A stretch of 64,000 bases of DNA, taken from a virus. Below are positions 25,823 to 34,318 of the stretch, one piece after another. The notes under the pieces are model-generated. The model did not search any database. It was given only the letters and a program-made list of their open reading frames with translations, and was not told where the DNA came from. The position numbers and the translations under genes are program-made. Position 1 is the first letter of the stretch. Each line of letters starts with the position of its first letter. Where the stretch lies: IMG/VR virus record IMGVR_UViG_3300020183_000041, positions 1 through 64,000 of that record; one strand, 5' to 3'.

Positions 25823-26088
25823 TTCCCGCCGTTATCCTTTCCGATAATTGAAAGCCTACTGATAAGCTCAGAAGCAATTTCAAGATCAAAATTTTCAATT
25901 TGATCCCATATATCTGGACTGGTATTAATTGTAATCCAATCATCTTTGGAAAGGTCAAAAATAAAATTTCCTCCCCGCAATTCTTGCTCTGTAGCAATCA
26001 TAAAACGAATCTGATCACCATCAAAATAGCCGACTACGGGGAAATAAAATTGGTAGTTTTCCTTATTGAAATCACTTGAAATGGACAT
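25819..26088 (-). CDS. Hypothetical protein
   Basis: Stop overlaps next start. Confidence 0.55.
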   Translation of the reverse strand: MSISSDFNKENYQFYFPVVGYFDGDQIRFMIATEQELRGGNFIFDLSKDDWITINTSPDIWDQIENFDLEIASELISRLSIIGKDNGGK

Positions 26089-26149
26089 AGTATTTTGCCA
26101 CCCTTCGCTGTCATTTTCCTAATGATAATTAACCCTGAATATTGGGACA

Positions 26150-26365
26150 TTAAATTATAGAATCTTGGTATTGAATTTGATTCATTTTTTCCAACCAAGC
26201 CTGTGTATTGAGACTTCTGCAATATGTATTAGCTTGGTACTGCCAGTCAAATACTTTTTCTATTTGAACTTTTTCCTTATTAATACACCTCCAGACTTCC
26301 CATTGGAAAGCCGCTGGGCTTTTATGTACTTCATAATAAATACGCGATATTTCTTCTGTTATCAT
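26150..26365 (-). CDS. Hypothetical protein
   Basis: SD AAAGGA. Confidence 0.55.
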   Translation of the reverse strand: MITEEISRIYYEVHKSPAAFQWEVWRCINKEKVQIEKVFDWQYQANTYCRSLNTQAWLEKMNQIQYQDSII

Positions 26366-26416
26366 ATCTTTCCTTTTTAAGAATTTAAACCGCAGTTTTG
26401 ATATTAAATTTCATAA

Positions 26417-26605
26417 TTAAATCCTATCATCATATCTGGCAAGATAGGGGTTTATTCTAGCCTCAAATTCTCTATCATCATATTCTTTTTTCTGGAATCC
26501 ACCATCGTCCTCGCAGTCATGACCATAATAAAATTCACTTGCTTCTTCTTCATTAAGAAGATCAAAAATTCTTCCACACTCACCGCATACTGTTTTTGTT
26601 TTCAT
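26417..26605 (-). CDS. Small Cys/His protein
   Basis: CGEC...GHDCE. Confidence 0.6.
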   Translation of the reverse strand: MKTKTVCGECGRIFDLLNEEEASEFYYGHDCEDDGGFQKKEYDDREFEARINPYLARYDDRI

Positions 26606-27107
26606 TGGTACACATCCTCAGTATTTTTTCTAATATCTCCGTATTTCCACTTAGGCAAATCACTAATTGGGTATTTATTTATCCAAGATTCATGAATTCT
26701 CGTATAATACATATTGTCAAAATATTTGAATTCTCCATTTTCTGCAAAAATCCAGTTCTTTTCATCTAGAGCAACTTTCCATTGCCAAATATGAAAACTG
26801 TCATGGATTCCCTGCAATTTCTCAAGCATTGAAAGTGCTTTCTTACCCATATCCCATTCTGGATTAGATTTTATAACAGCATCCTTAACCGGGGTTGCAT
26901 AAACTGATGCATTTTCTAATTCAGTGTTATACCAATTCTTGTCAATAATGCAGCCAACTGCACACATTAGTAATGGACCAGTTTCACCATTAAGTCAGGT
27001 CTTGCTCTATATGAGCAAGAACCTTCAGGATTAATGCTTTTTTGATTTTGAGTTAAAAGGTGATTTTTAACCTTAAGAAAAATATCTTTATCTGTTATTG
27101 TTTTCAT
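26602..27107 (-). pseudogene. Split/frameshifted paralog of 27273-27953
   Basis: 5' part 27107-26967 (TDKDIF..CSYR) and 3' part 26967-26602 (CAVGCII..LQGIHD) lie in different frames. Confidence 0.55.
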
Positions 27108-27272
27108 TGATTAATACTCCCTATGATAATTAATTGTTACTTCTAATTGTTTAAATACAAAATAACTGCACAAGATATAACAACAATTACTCCATATTGC
27201 GATAAAGTACGCAACATGAATACCTCCTAATTTGGCTGGATTAGCCTGTATTTTGCCGTCTGGCTGTTCTAA

Positions 27273-27953
27273 TTAATCTTCTCTGCTGATGAAGTCAAAA
27301 AGATATGGTAGAAAACTATAAACTTTATTTTTACTATAAGTAGTATAATTTTCTTCAATTGATGCATCAATTTTACCACTACGTTTCATAGCACTTTTTG
27401 ATGAATCCAATACAAGCCTGTCGAGGTCGAACATGCTTTCAGCAGTAAAATACTGCTGCATTTTGTTAAACGTTACCTCCCAATTTTCAACAGGAGACGT
27501 ATCATGGATTCTTTGAACAAGAGTAAGCATAACTCTAGATTCATGGTTTGGGCTCCAGTTAGGATTTGAATTACAAATTGCATCCCAAACTAATCCATCA
27601 TCAATGTTCACCCCCTCAAGACCTGCACTATAATACCGACCAGAAATAATTTGACCAATAGCACACTTTTTCAATCGATTATCATCATCAGGCATATGTT
27701 CAATGTATGAATTAATTCTGTCATTGATATTATCAAAATAACTGTCAGACATTTGGTAATCATTAAGGTCTTCATAAACTGAATCTTCGATAACTTCAGC
27801 AGTCACCTTTGCTTCAATTGCTTCGTATGTTGATTCAGATAAACCGCGATAAGAGCAATCTCCATTCCTCATTACAGACTTGCAACCTTGCACTAAAAGA
27901 CCATCTTTAATCTTTTCAAAAATGTCATAATCAGTAACTACTTGAACGCTCAT
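27273..27953 (-). CDS. Hypothetical protein (CSYR..CAIG..QRIHD family)
   Basis: Likely start MSVQ after SD GAGGTGG. Confidence 0.65.
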   Translation of the reverse strand: MSVQVVTDYDIFEKIKDGLLVQGCKSVMRNGDCSYRGLSESTYEAIEAKVTAEVIEDSVYEDLNDYQMSDSYFDNINDRINSYIEHMPDDDNRLKKCAIGQIISGRYYSAGLEGVNIDDGLVWDAICNSNPNWSPNHESRVMLTLVQRIHDTSPVENWEVTFNKMQQYFTAESMFDLDRLVLDSSKSAMKRSGKIDASIEENYTTYSKNKVYSFLPYLFDFISRED

Positions 27954-28237
27954 TTTGCTTCCACCTCTTTCTTTTGGAACTGGTTTAACCACTCTACTTT
28001 GTTCATAAAAGCCTCTCTGCCTTTTTCGCTGTAGACACCTAAAAGATTTCCATCAAGAAGGCTGTTGATTTCTTGTTTGATTTTATTGATATCACGGGTT
28101 GACCAGTCTTCAGACTTTGAATCTGAAATCATCTTGTCAATTTCTATACGACCTCTGTTGTATTTGCTGTAGTCATCGCTCATTTCATGTGTCCAGTCAG
28201 CACCAACAATTCTCTTTGCCCATTCTTTATGATCCAC
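27950..28237 (-). CDS. Hypothetical protein
   Basis: DWTHEMSDDY motif; tiling. Confidence 0.6.
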   Translation of the reverse strand: MDHKEWAKRIVGADWTHEMSDDYSKYNRGRIEIDKMISDSKSEDWSTRDINKIKQEINSLLDGNLLGVYSEKGREAFMNKVEWLNQFQKKEVEAK

Positions 28238-28238
28238 T

Positions 28239-28499
28239 TTATGCCTCCGATAGAGTAATTACAAAACTGTTTTTGTCTTTGTTGCCAAAGAATTGACCAG
28301 GCCCATTACCTTCAAAATCGCGTGAAGGATACAGAACTGAACCATCAGATAAAACAAGACAAGTTGGGTTAATTCTTTCATAATAAAAAGAATCCCATCC
28401 CTCTTTTCGCATCTCGGTATCAGTCATTGTTCTAATCATTACAATACTTTCACCACAAGGCCATTGTGAGTCTGTTCTAAGATTAATAGTGTCTTTCAT
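28239..28499 (-). CDS. Hypothetical protein
   Basis: YPSRDFEGNGPG motif. Confidence 0.6.
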   Translation of the reverse strand: MKDTINLRTDSQWPCGESIVMIRTMTDTEMRKEGWDSFYYERINPTCLVLSDGSVLYPSRDFEGNGPGQFFGNKDKNSFVITLSEA

Positions 28500-28500
28500 T

Positions 28501-28809
28501 TTATCCTTCTGTCTTTAGTCTTTCGATATAAATTTGTTGATACTTGTCTGTTTGTATTTCTCCATCTACAGAAACGAGATAAGCAGTAGCCGTAATAATC
28601 TTTTTATGCATATAAAAATTAATATCTACTTGATCACAATACGCACACCATTCATCAAATTCATCATCTAATGAATAAGATTCAAGCTTGTCTCTATAGG
28701 CAGAGATATAACCTCTAGCGAATTGTCTTAAATCAAAGGTGGAAATATTTTTATGCAACCGTTTGAACTGGCTCTCCACTAAAACAACCTTTCTGAACAA
28801 GAATTTCAA
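28501..28809 (-). CDS. Hypothetical protein
   Basis: Tiling; start uncertain. Confidence 0.5.
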   Translation of the reverse strand: MKFLFRKVVLVESQFKRLHKNISTFDLRQFARGYISAYRDKLESYSLDDEFDEWCAYCDQVDINFYMHKKIITATAYLVSVDGEIQTDKYQQIYIERLKTEG

Positions 28810-29122
28810 AAAGCAAACCCCAGGCTGGGTCAGTATTTTTTGTAAGATTATTAAAATCTTTTACAAGTTTATCGCCAAGACCCATATTTGAAAGATTTTT
28901 CAAATACTCAGTCAAACCTGACTTTTCAATCTTCTCAGTTGTTGAGACATCGAAATGCTTTAAAATTCCACTCACAGGATTCTTTACATAAAGAGCAACA
29001 CAATTCTGAATAGGAATGATTAAACTAAATGAGCCATTAATTGCACTTTGAATTAATTGTTCCGATTCTGCTTTTTCATCTTTTTTTGCAACGAATTTCT
29101 TATTTGCTGGTTTAGTTGCCAT
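28751..29122 (-). CDS. Hypothetical protein
   Basis: Tiling. Confidence 0.55.
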   Translation of the reverse strand: MATKPANKKFVAKKDEKAESEQLIQSAINGSFSLIIPIQNCVALYVKNPVSGILKHFDVSTTEKIEKSGLTEYLKNLSNMGLGDKLVKDFNNLTKNTDPAWGLLFEILVQKGCFSGEPVQTVA

Positions 29123-29576
29123 TTACTTTTTCCTCTTCTTTCTGCGTCATTTCTTTAAATTCAAACTTATAATAAAAAAGCAAGCCTTTTGCATCACTAA
29201 GTGAGAGTGACGGCCTACGCTTAACAAATCTTTTAATCCAATTAGTAGATGACTCATATCCAACATTGGTAGAAAGATTAATATGCTTAGTAATAACTTC
29301 TGGAGAGAGATAGACGCGAGACGTATTCACTCCATCGAATTTGCTATACAAAAAGAAGTCATCAAACCTTTCATACATCTTCCATCTTGCATACCATTCA
29401 GAACAATTTGTCTCAGTAATATTTCCAATACCTACTGATATAGAGCCAAAAATAAGACTCTTTGTTTCTGCATTAACATCTGAAACTTCTTTTCCGTTTT
29501 CCTGCCAAGTGACCCAAAGTTTATCTGGATTGTCTTTAAAAAACTTAACTTCTTCGGTACTCCAATTAAGGCTCAT
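29112..29576 (-). CDS. Hypothetical protein
   Basis: Likely start MSLNW (ATGA overlap). Confidence 0.6.
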   Translation of the reverse strand: MSLNWSTEEVKFFKDNPDKLWVTWQENGKEVSDVNAETKSLIFGSISVGIGNITETNCSEWYARWKMYERFDDFFLYSKFDGVNTSRVYLSPEVITKHINLSTNVGYESSTNWIKRFVKRRPSLSLSDAKGLLFYYKFEFKEMTQKEEEKVNGN

Positions 29577-29917
29577 GAGTAAATCTTTTCCCACTCATAA
29601 GAAATTGCATCAACAATTTCAACAGGTACTTCTGTATTATTTCCCTCTTCATCAACTTGACCAAAGAGTACAATGTCGCCAGCAATATAATCTCCAAGCA
29701 AAATTCTTGCACCAGAGTTATACCAAGCATTTGTTGCTAAAATATTCTCATCAAGACTAAGAATTTTTCCCTCTTCGTTTATATAACCCTCTGCTTTGTA
29801 ATTGGGAAAATAAACTGCTTCAATCAAACCTCCTACTGCTTTATTGATTTGATCATAATTCCATTCTTTATTAATTACTTCATATGTGCCATCTGTTCTT
29901 ACCAGTAAAGCTTTCAT
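29573..29917 (-). CDS. DUF3846-like protein
   Basis: AVGGLIEAV, INEEGK, N..AT, DYIAGDIVLFG. Confidence 0.7.
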   Translation of the reverse strand: MKALLVRTDGTYEVINKEWNYDQINKAVGGLIEAVYFPNYKAEGYINEEGKILSLDENILATNAWYNSGARILLGDYIAGDIVLFGQVDEEGNNTEVPVEIVDAISYEWEKIYS

Positions 29918-29920
29918 TTA

Positions 29921-30103
29921 TTACCGCTCCTGTCTCATATGTTTAAACATTTCATCCATTGCAAGCCTATTTGCTCTTTGATAACTAAGTTCGTGATTCC
30001 TAAACTCTTTTATAACAACACCGTCAACAATAACGTTTGCATCAAAAGAGTTCCATTCAATCAGGATTCTATCCGTTATTTGCTCTACAGCCATATCATC
30101 CAT
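29921..30103 (-). CDS. Hypothetical protein
   Basis: SD GGAGG. Confidence 0.55.
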   Translation of the reverse strand: MDDMAVEQITDRILIEWNSFDANVIVDGVVIKEFRNHELSYQRANRLAMDEMFKHMRQER

Positions 30104-30314
30104 TTGTTAACCTCCAATTTATTTCTTCATGATCTATTGAATGGATTGTTCCATCTGCGACAAACATAACGCTTTCGTATATTTCTCCATTAGATAGAAT
30201 TCCATCATTATCATTGCCAAGCATAGCTTCATAAACAATACTTTTTGCTTCATCTTTGCTTTCTGCGTTTACGAAGTATCTTGCAAAAGTAACAACTGTA
30301 TACGGTTTTGTCAC
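30096..30314 (-). CDS. Hypothetical protein
   Basis: Tiling. Confidence 0.55.
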   Translation of the reverse strand: MTKPYTVVTFARYFVNAESKDEAKSIVYEAMLGNDNDGILSNGEIYESVMFVADGTIHSIDHEEINWRLTNG

Positions 30315-30538
30315 AACTCCTCTCCATTTTCATCTGTGAATATGAGTTCTTTTATATTTGCTTGGTGCCCATAGCCACAAGAAAAATCATCTTTAGCCCA
30401 TTCTTCAATTTGTTCCATTACATCTTCCATGTCTGGTTCTTCCTTATTATCGGCTCTAAGCATATCTACAATATCTTGAACTTGATAAGTGATACTTTTT
30501 ATTACATTTACTCTCTCAGGAAATTCATTAGAGTTCAC
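30311..30538 (-). CDS. Hypothetical acidic protein
   Basis: Tiling. Confidence 0.55.
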   Translation of the reverse strand: MNSNEFPERVNVIKSITYQVQDIVDMLRADNKEEPDMEDVMEQIEEWAKDDFSCGYGHQANIKELIFTDENGEEL

Positions 30539-30773
30539 GACAATACCCCGAGCAACTTATTCTTCCACATAGTGGGCATCCATCATCATAATCATCCTCA
30601 TCACTATCTTCATCATATTCATATGAATCAGCAGCGTCATCTAGTGCCTGCCTTTGCGCTTCTTCTTTTGCATCAAGATAATGATTTCTAACTACTTCCC
30701 GATAATCTTCATCGGCAAGAGTATAATCATCTCTATCTCTTTGTTCTATCATTAGTTGTCCTCTGGAATACAT
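30528..30773 (-). CDS. Acidic protein with C-terminal Cys cluster
   Basis: CPLC...CSGYC; start probably MIEQ. Confidence 0.55.
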   Translation of the reverse strand: MYSRGQLMIEQRDRDDYTLADEDYREVVRNHYLDAKEEAQRQALDDAADSYEYDEDSDEDDYDDGCPLCGRISCSGYCREL

Positions 30774-31042
30774 TTCTCACAAATAAAAGAACCGTCTGGT
30801 TTTTGAAATACATCCATATACATCCAGTTTTGATAAACTGTATTGCAAGTATTGCATTCTATATCTTCATCTAAATTTATTCTTTCAGAGATATCTCTGC
30901 CAGTTGCTTCAATTATTTCAGATATGTCTACCATAGAAATATCTCCCCAGTCAGGAGTTTTAAACATATTTGCAAGTAAATCCATTGCATGAGCATCAGA
31001 AATAATCATCACTTCTAAACCTTTTAAAAATTTTGACTCCAT
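30752..31042 (-). CDS. Hypothetical Zn-ribbon protein
   Basis: CNTC...CEKC. Confidence 0.55.
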   Translation of the reverse strand: MESKFLKGLEVMIISDAHAMDLLANMFKTPDWGDISMVDISEIIEATGRDISERINLDEDIECNTCNTVYQNWMYMDVFQKPDGSFICEKCIPEDN

Positions 31043-31361
31043 TATCTCTTAGCAAATAAGCAATCTGATCAATACATTCCCCATCATCAACTGTTGATGG
31101 CTGCTCTAAAATTTCTACAATTTTATTTACAATGTACTCATTGTTCTTATGCTGGAATTCTAATTTGACTCTTTCTTTCCAAGCATAAAGTTCTGCAACA
31201 ATCTCATCAAAAGATTGTTTTAATGGATACTCACCTTTATCATTAAGTAAATTTTGAAGATCATTATCAAGGGATATCCAAGATTCATATAAACTAGATG
31301 CACCATCTACAAAACATTCAAGATTATACAAGAACGTATTTGTTTTATTTTCTCTACTCAA
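30996..31361 (-). CDS. Hypothetical protein
   Basis: SD GAAAGG, TTG start. Confidence 0.55.
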   Translation of the reverse strand: MSRENKTNTFLYNLECFVDGASSLYESWISLDNDLQNLLNDKGEYPLKQSFDEIVAELYAWKERVKLEFQHKNNEYIVNKIVEILEQPSTVDDGECIDQIAYLLRDNGVKIFKRFRSDDYF

Positions 31362-31469
31362 TGCTTTACCTTTCTTTGTGTATATATAAAAAAAGAACTA
31401 GGCGAGCGTCAATATCGCTTCTTACATTATTAGATGAAAGGGGGAAATCTAATACGTTACCTAGTTTCG

Positions 31470-31542
31470 TGCTTTTAGTAGGACTCGAACCTACAACCTA
31501 CAGATTAGAAGTCTGTTGCTCTATCCATTGAGCTATAAAAGC
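31470..31542 (-). tRNA. tRNA-Arg(UCU)
   Basis: GCTTTTA/TAAAAGC acceptor; ACAGA-CT-TCT-AA-TCTGT. Confidence 0.93.
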
Positions 31543-31602
31543 AATTAGCATATTTATAATATATATACTAAGCATATGCCAGACTTAGTATAAGTTTTAT
31601 AA

Positions 31603-32088
31603 TTACACTTTGAATCCCCAGTTATTAAGTCCACTTGTTGTTTGTTCCAAAAGAAACTTTGCAACTTTAAGATTGCAGTGTACATCAAATAAAACTTGCA
31701 AATTTTTTGTACTACAAGTTTGTTCAGTTAGAGTTCTCCAACTGCTGTTGATTTGAACAAGACCAGAATCATAAGTTCCGTTCTTGTTTAGAGTCCAAAC
31801 AATCTTGCCGTTCTTAAATTTTGCATTAATTGCCTTGGGATTGCATCGTGATTCTCTCCAAGCAATGTAAGAGAAAATCTCAACAGGAAGCCCGTATTGT
31901 TCAAATGTCTTTTCAAACTTAGGACACCTTTTTTGTTTATCGGTAGATATTATTTTATTAACAATTGCAATCTGCTTGTCAAGTCTTTTATTTAAAATCT
32001 CTTCTTTTGCTGCAGCATGACCGTACCACGACGAAAATACAATTAAAGCAAGAAGAGTTCCACATAGAAATTTATTTATGCGCTTCAT
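31603..32088 (-). CDS. Secreted lytic transglycosylase (SLT/lysozyme-like)
   Basis: Signal peptide; IAWRESRCNPKAIN, DSGLVQIN, NLKVA. Confidence 0.8.
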   Translation of the reverse strand: MKRINKFLCGTLLALIVFSSWYGHAAAKEEILNKRLDKQIAIVNKIISTDKQKRCPKFEKTFEQYGLPVEIFSYIAWRESRCNPKAINAKFKNGKIVWTLNKNGTYDSGLVQINSSWRTLTEQTCSTKNLQVLFDVHCNLKVAKFLLEQTTSGLNNWGFKV

Positions 32089-32295
32089 TTTCGCTCCTTT
32101 AGTTTAGTTCCTTTTCCCAAAGTGTTTTCTTTACACAATGGTATTAGCTTTCGCTAAGGTGTGCGAAACGAGGTCATAGCATATTTATCTACAATTCAAT
32201 GCTCACTCGCTTCACGTTATATTTTGAATAGGCATCACCTCCATAAAATGAATAAATACAATTATATCAGTTAGAGTTTTAGGCTCATATATAGT

Positions 32296-32760
32296 TTAAT
32301 CAAAATCAAAAACTACACGACCAACAGATGTTTTCATTTCCCCATTGTCAAATACATTTTTCCAAACGTGCCCATCTTCTCCACGCCAAACAATATAACT
32401 ATTATCTCTTACATATGGCGCGATGACTCCTAGGAATAAATCTTGTTGACCGGTTTTATCATCGTAATGTAAATTAATTATATTTCCATATTCATCAAAA
32501 CTAAGATCAAAACCAAGGCTTTGTAGTATCTCTGTTGCTGTCTTCAATTTTGCTGGATAATCTGCATCCATCCAAGAAAACCATTTTTCTGGGTGATAAT
32601 CTAAACCAGCAGGTCTAGAAGATTTTACATCAGGACCAAAACGGCCTCCTGATTTGAGTTTGTCATACTTGTTTAACAAACACATATCTTTGTATGCTGA
32701 TGGAAAGTGGCGCTTACTCATATAAAAATCAACTTCTTCTGTGCTAATGTAATACCCCAT
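32296..32760 (-). CDS. Hypothetical protein
   Basis: MGYY...IAPYV..SYIVWRGEDG. Confidence 0.65.
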   Translation of the reverse strand: MGYYISTEEVDFYMSKRHFPSAYKDMCLLNKYDKLKSGGRFGPDVKSSRPAGLDYHPEKWFSWMDADYPAKLKTATEILQSLGFDLSFDEYGNIINLHYDDKTGQQDLFLGVIAPYVRDNSYIVWRGEDGHVWKNVFDNGEMKTSVGRVVFDFD

Positions 32761-32792
32761 TATGTTTCCTTTCTGTTGTTTACTTTATAAAG

Positions 32793-32867
32793 TACCGCAT
32801 CAGGGAATTGAACCCTGCAAATGGATGTTTATAAGACATCTGTGTTCAACCAGCTCACCCATGCGGT
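32793..32867 (-). tRNA. tRNA-Ile(UAU)
   Basis: ACCGCAT/ATGCGGT acceptor; GATGT-CT-TAT-AA-ACATC; CAGGG-TTCAATT-CCCTG. Confidence 0.85.
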
Positions 32868-32889
32868 AAGATTTACTTACAGATTAATT

Positions 32890-33270
32890 TTACTCTTTTG
32901 TGTCTAATCCATCGATGAAGTTTTCAATAAGAAACTTTGCATACTCTGGTCTATTTCCAAGCATCTTGCTAAGATTTTTTCTGCTTTGGTTGTACATATT
33001 ATTATAAAACTTAATAGTTTCTTCCGTTGATTCAAGACGAGACTCAGCAATCATTTGTATCATCATGTACATATGTACCATTGAACCAAAGATAATACCA
33101 GGAAGAAAAACTGGATTATCAACAGCATCGTTCTTATAAGAATCCATCAATGTTGATAACATAGAACTACTATCTGGTGATGTATGTGCATTAAAAATTT
33201 GCATCGCAAAATCTGTAAACAAATCGTCTTGATGCTCTTTGAATGGTTTGACTTCCATATCTAAATTCAT
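32890..33270 (-). CDS. Hypothetical protein
   Basis: Likely start MNLDM downstream of tRNA-Leu. Confidence 0.6.
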   Translation of the reverse strand: MNLDMEVKPFKEHQDDLFTDFAMQIFNAHTSPDSSSMLSTLMDSYKNDAVDNPVFLPGIIFGSMVHMYMMIQMIAESRLESTEETIKFYNNMYNQSRKNLSKMLGNRPEYAKFLIENFIDGLDTKE

Positions 33271-33305
33271 ATTATCATATCTGCTTCCTTTTTGCTTGGT
33301 TTCCG

Positions 33306-33379
33306 TGGGCATAGTGGGATTCGAACCCACACTTTATTGATTTTAAGTCAATTGTCTCTGCCTATTGGACTATATGCCC
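33306..33379 (-). tRNA. tRNA-Leu(UAA), short variable arm
   Basis: GGGCATA/TATGCCC; ATTGA-CT-TAA-AA-TCAAT; 5-nt variable loop. Confidence 0.88.
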
Positions 33380-33405
33380 CAACCTTTATTTACGGGTACA
33401 TACTA

Positions 33406-33849
33406 CTAATAGTGCTGTAGTTTTTCCAGTTTGCTAATATATTTTGTAAATTTATCATAAAAGTTTTCGTGCCCTTCTTCATGCACTTTAGAGTGACATG
33501 ATTTACATAAGAGAATCAAATTACTAAGACTGTCACTACCACCAATAGAAACTGGTTTAATGTGATGGACTTGCATATTATGTTGTTCTATTTCATTAAA
33601 GCATGACCTACATATTTTTTGATCTCTCTCTTGCACAATAGTTTTCAAATCAATTGGCACACCATGTCTGTATTTACCATTCTTTCTCTTACGTTCTTGT
33701 TTTTTGTAATTGGAATTTGTTACTTTTTTATCTATAGCTTTGATGCATTCTGGATTATTACAACATCTTTTCTTACGGTAAATAAAAGTATTTGACGATG
33801 AAAATCTTTCCATGCATCCAGCACAAATAACAAATCTATCTTTCGTCAT
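33406..33849 (-). CDS. HNH endonuclease
   Basis: ERDQKICRSC, VHHIKPVSIGG, NLILLCKSCH. Confidence 0.88.
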   Translation of the reverse strand: MTKDRFVICAGCMERFSSSNTFIYRKKRCCNNPECIKAIDKKVTNSNYKKQERKRKNGKYRHGVPIDLKTIVQERDQKICRSCFNEIEQHNMQVHHIKPVSIGGSDSLSNLILLCKSCHSKVHEEGHENFYDKFTKYISKLEKLQHY

Positions 33850-34213
33850 TATTTTCCTTATAGACGATTTTTATTTCCGAAGAAGCGTCTAATTTATTGA
33901 AGACTTCTTCATAGTTTGCAACGTCTTCAATTGTTTTTCCATCTTTAATTATTTGAGAAAAATAATTAAAGTTTTTTGTTATCTCTCTATAAGTTGTTGA
34001 ATTTGGATTATAGAAATATTCTTTGACGAGTCCAGGGTCTTTTTGCTTTGTCGAATATTCAAATATTCTTGCAAACCAATTATCTGGTTTAAAACCAAAC
34101 TGACGTTCGCAAATACGATTGGCTTTAGACATTACTTCTTGGACTGCGCTTACGTCATCAATTTTAATTGGGAATCTGTACTCAACTACAAAATAGTTTT
34201 CAAACTTAGGCAT
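33836..34213 (-). CDS. Hypothetical protein
   Basis: Tiling. Confidence 0.55.
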   Translation of the reverse strand: MPKFENYFVVEYRFPIKIDDVSAVQEVMSKANRICERQFGFKPDNWFARIFEYSTKQKDPGLVKEYFYNPNSTTYREITKNFNYFSQIIKDGKTIEDVANYEEVFNKLDASSEIKIVYKENNDER

Positions 34214-34318
34214 TATGCACCGCCCCCCATAATAACAGCAGCCATTATAACTAATACGATAATAGCAAGGAAAGGGAATAGAACAAAAAATAAAATTGCC
34301 ATAGTAAACCAGAAGAAT

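Noticed and set aside
33406-33849. HNH gene as a mobile element
   Set aside because: Free-standing with no intron or flanking repeats; common in phages.
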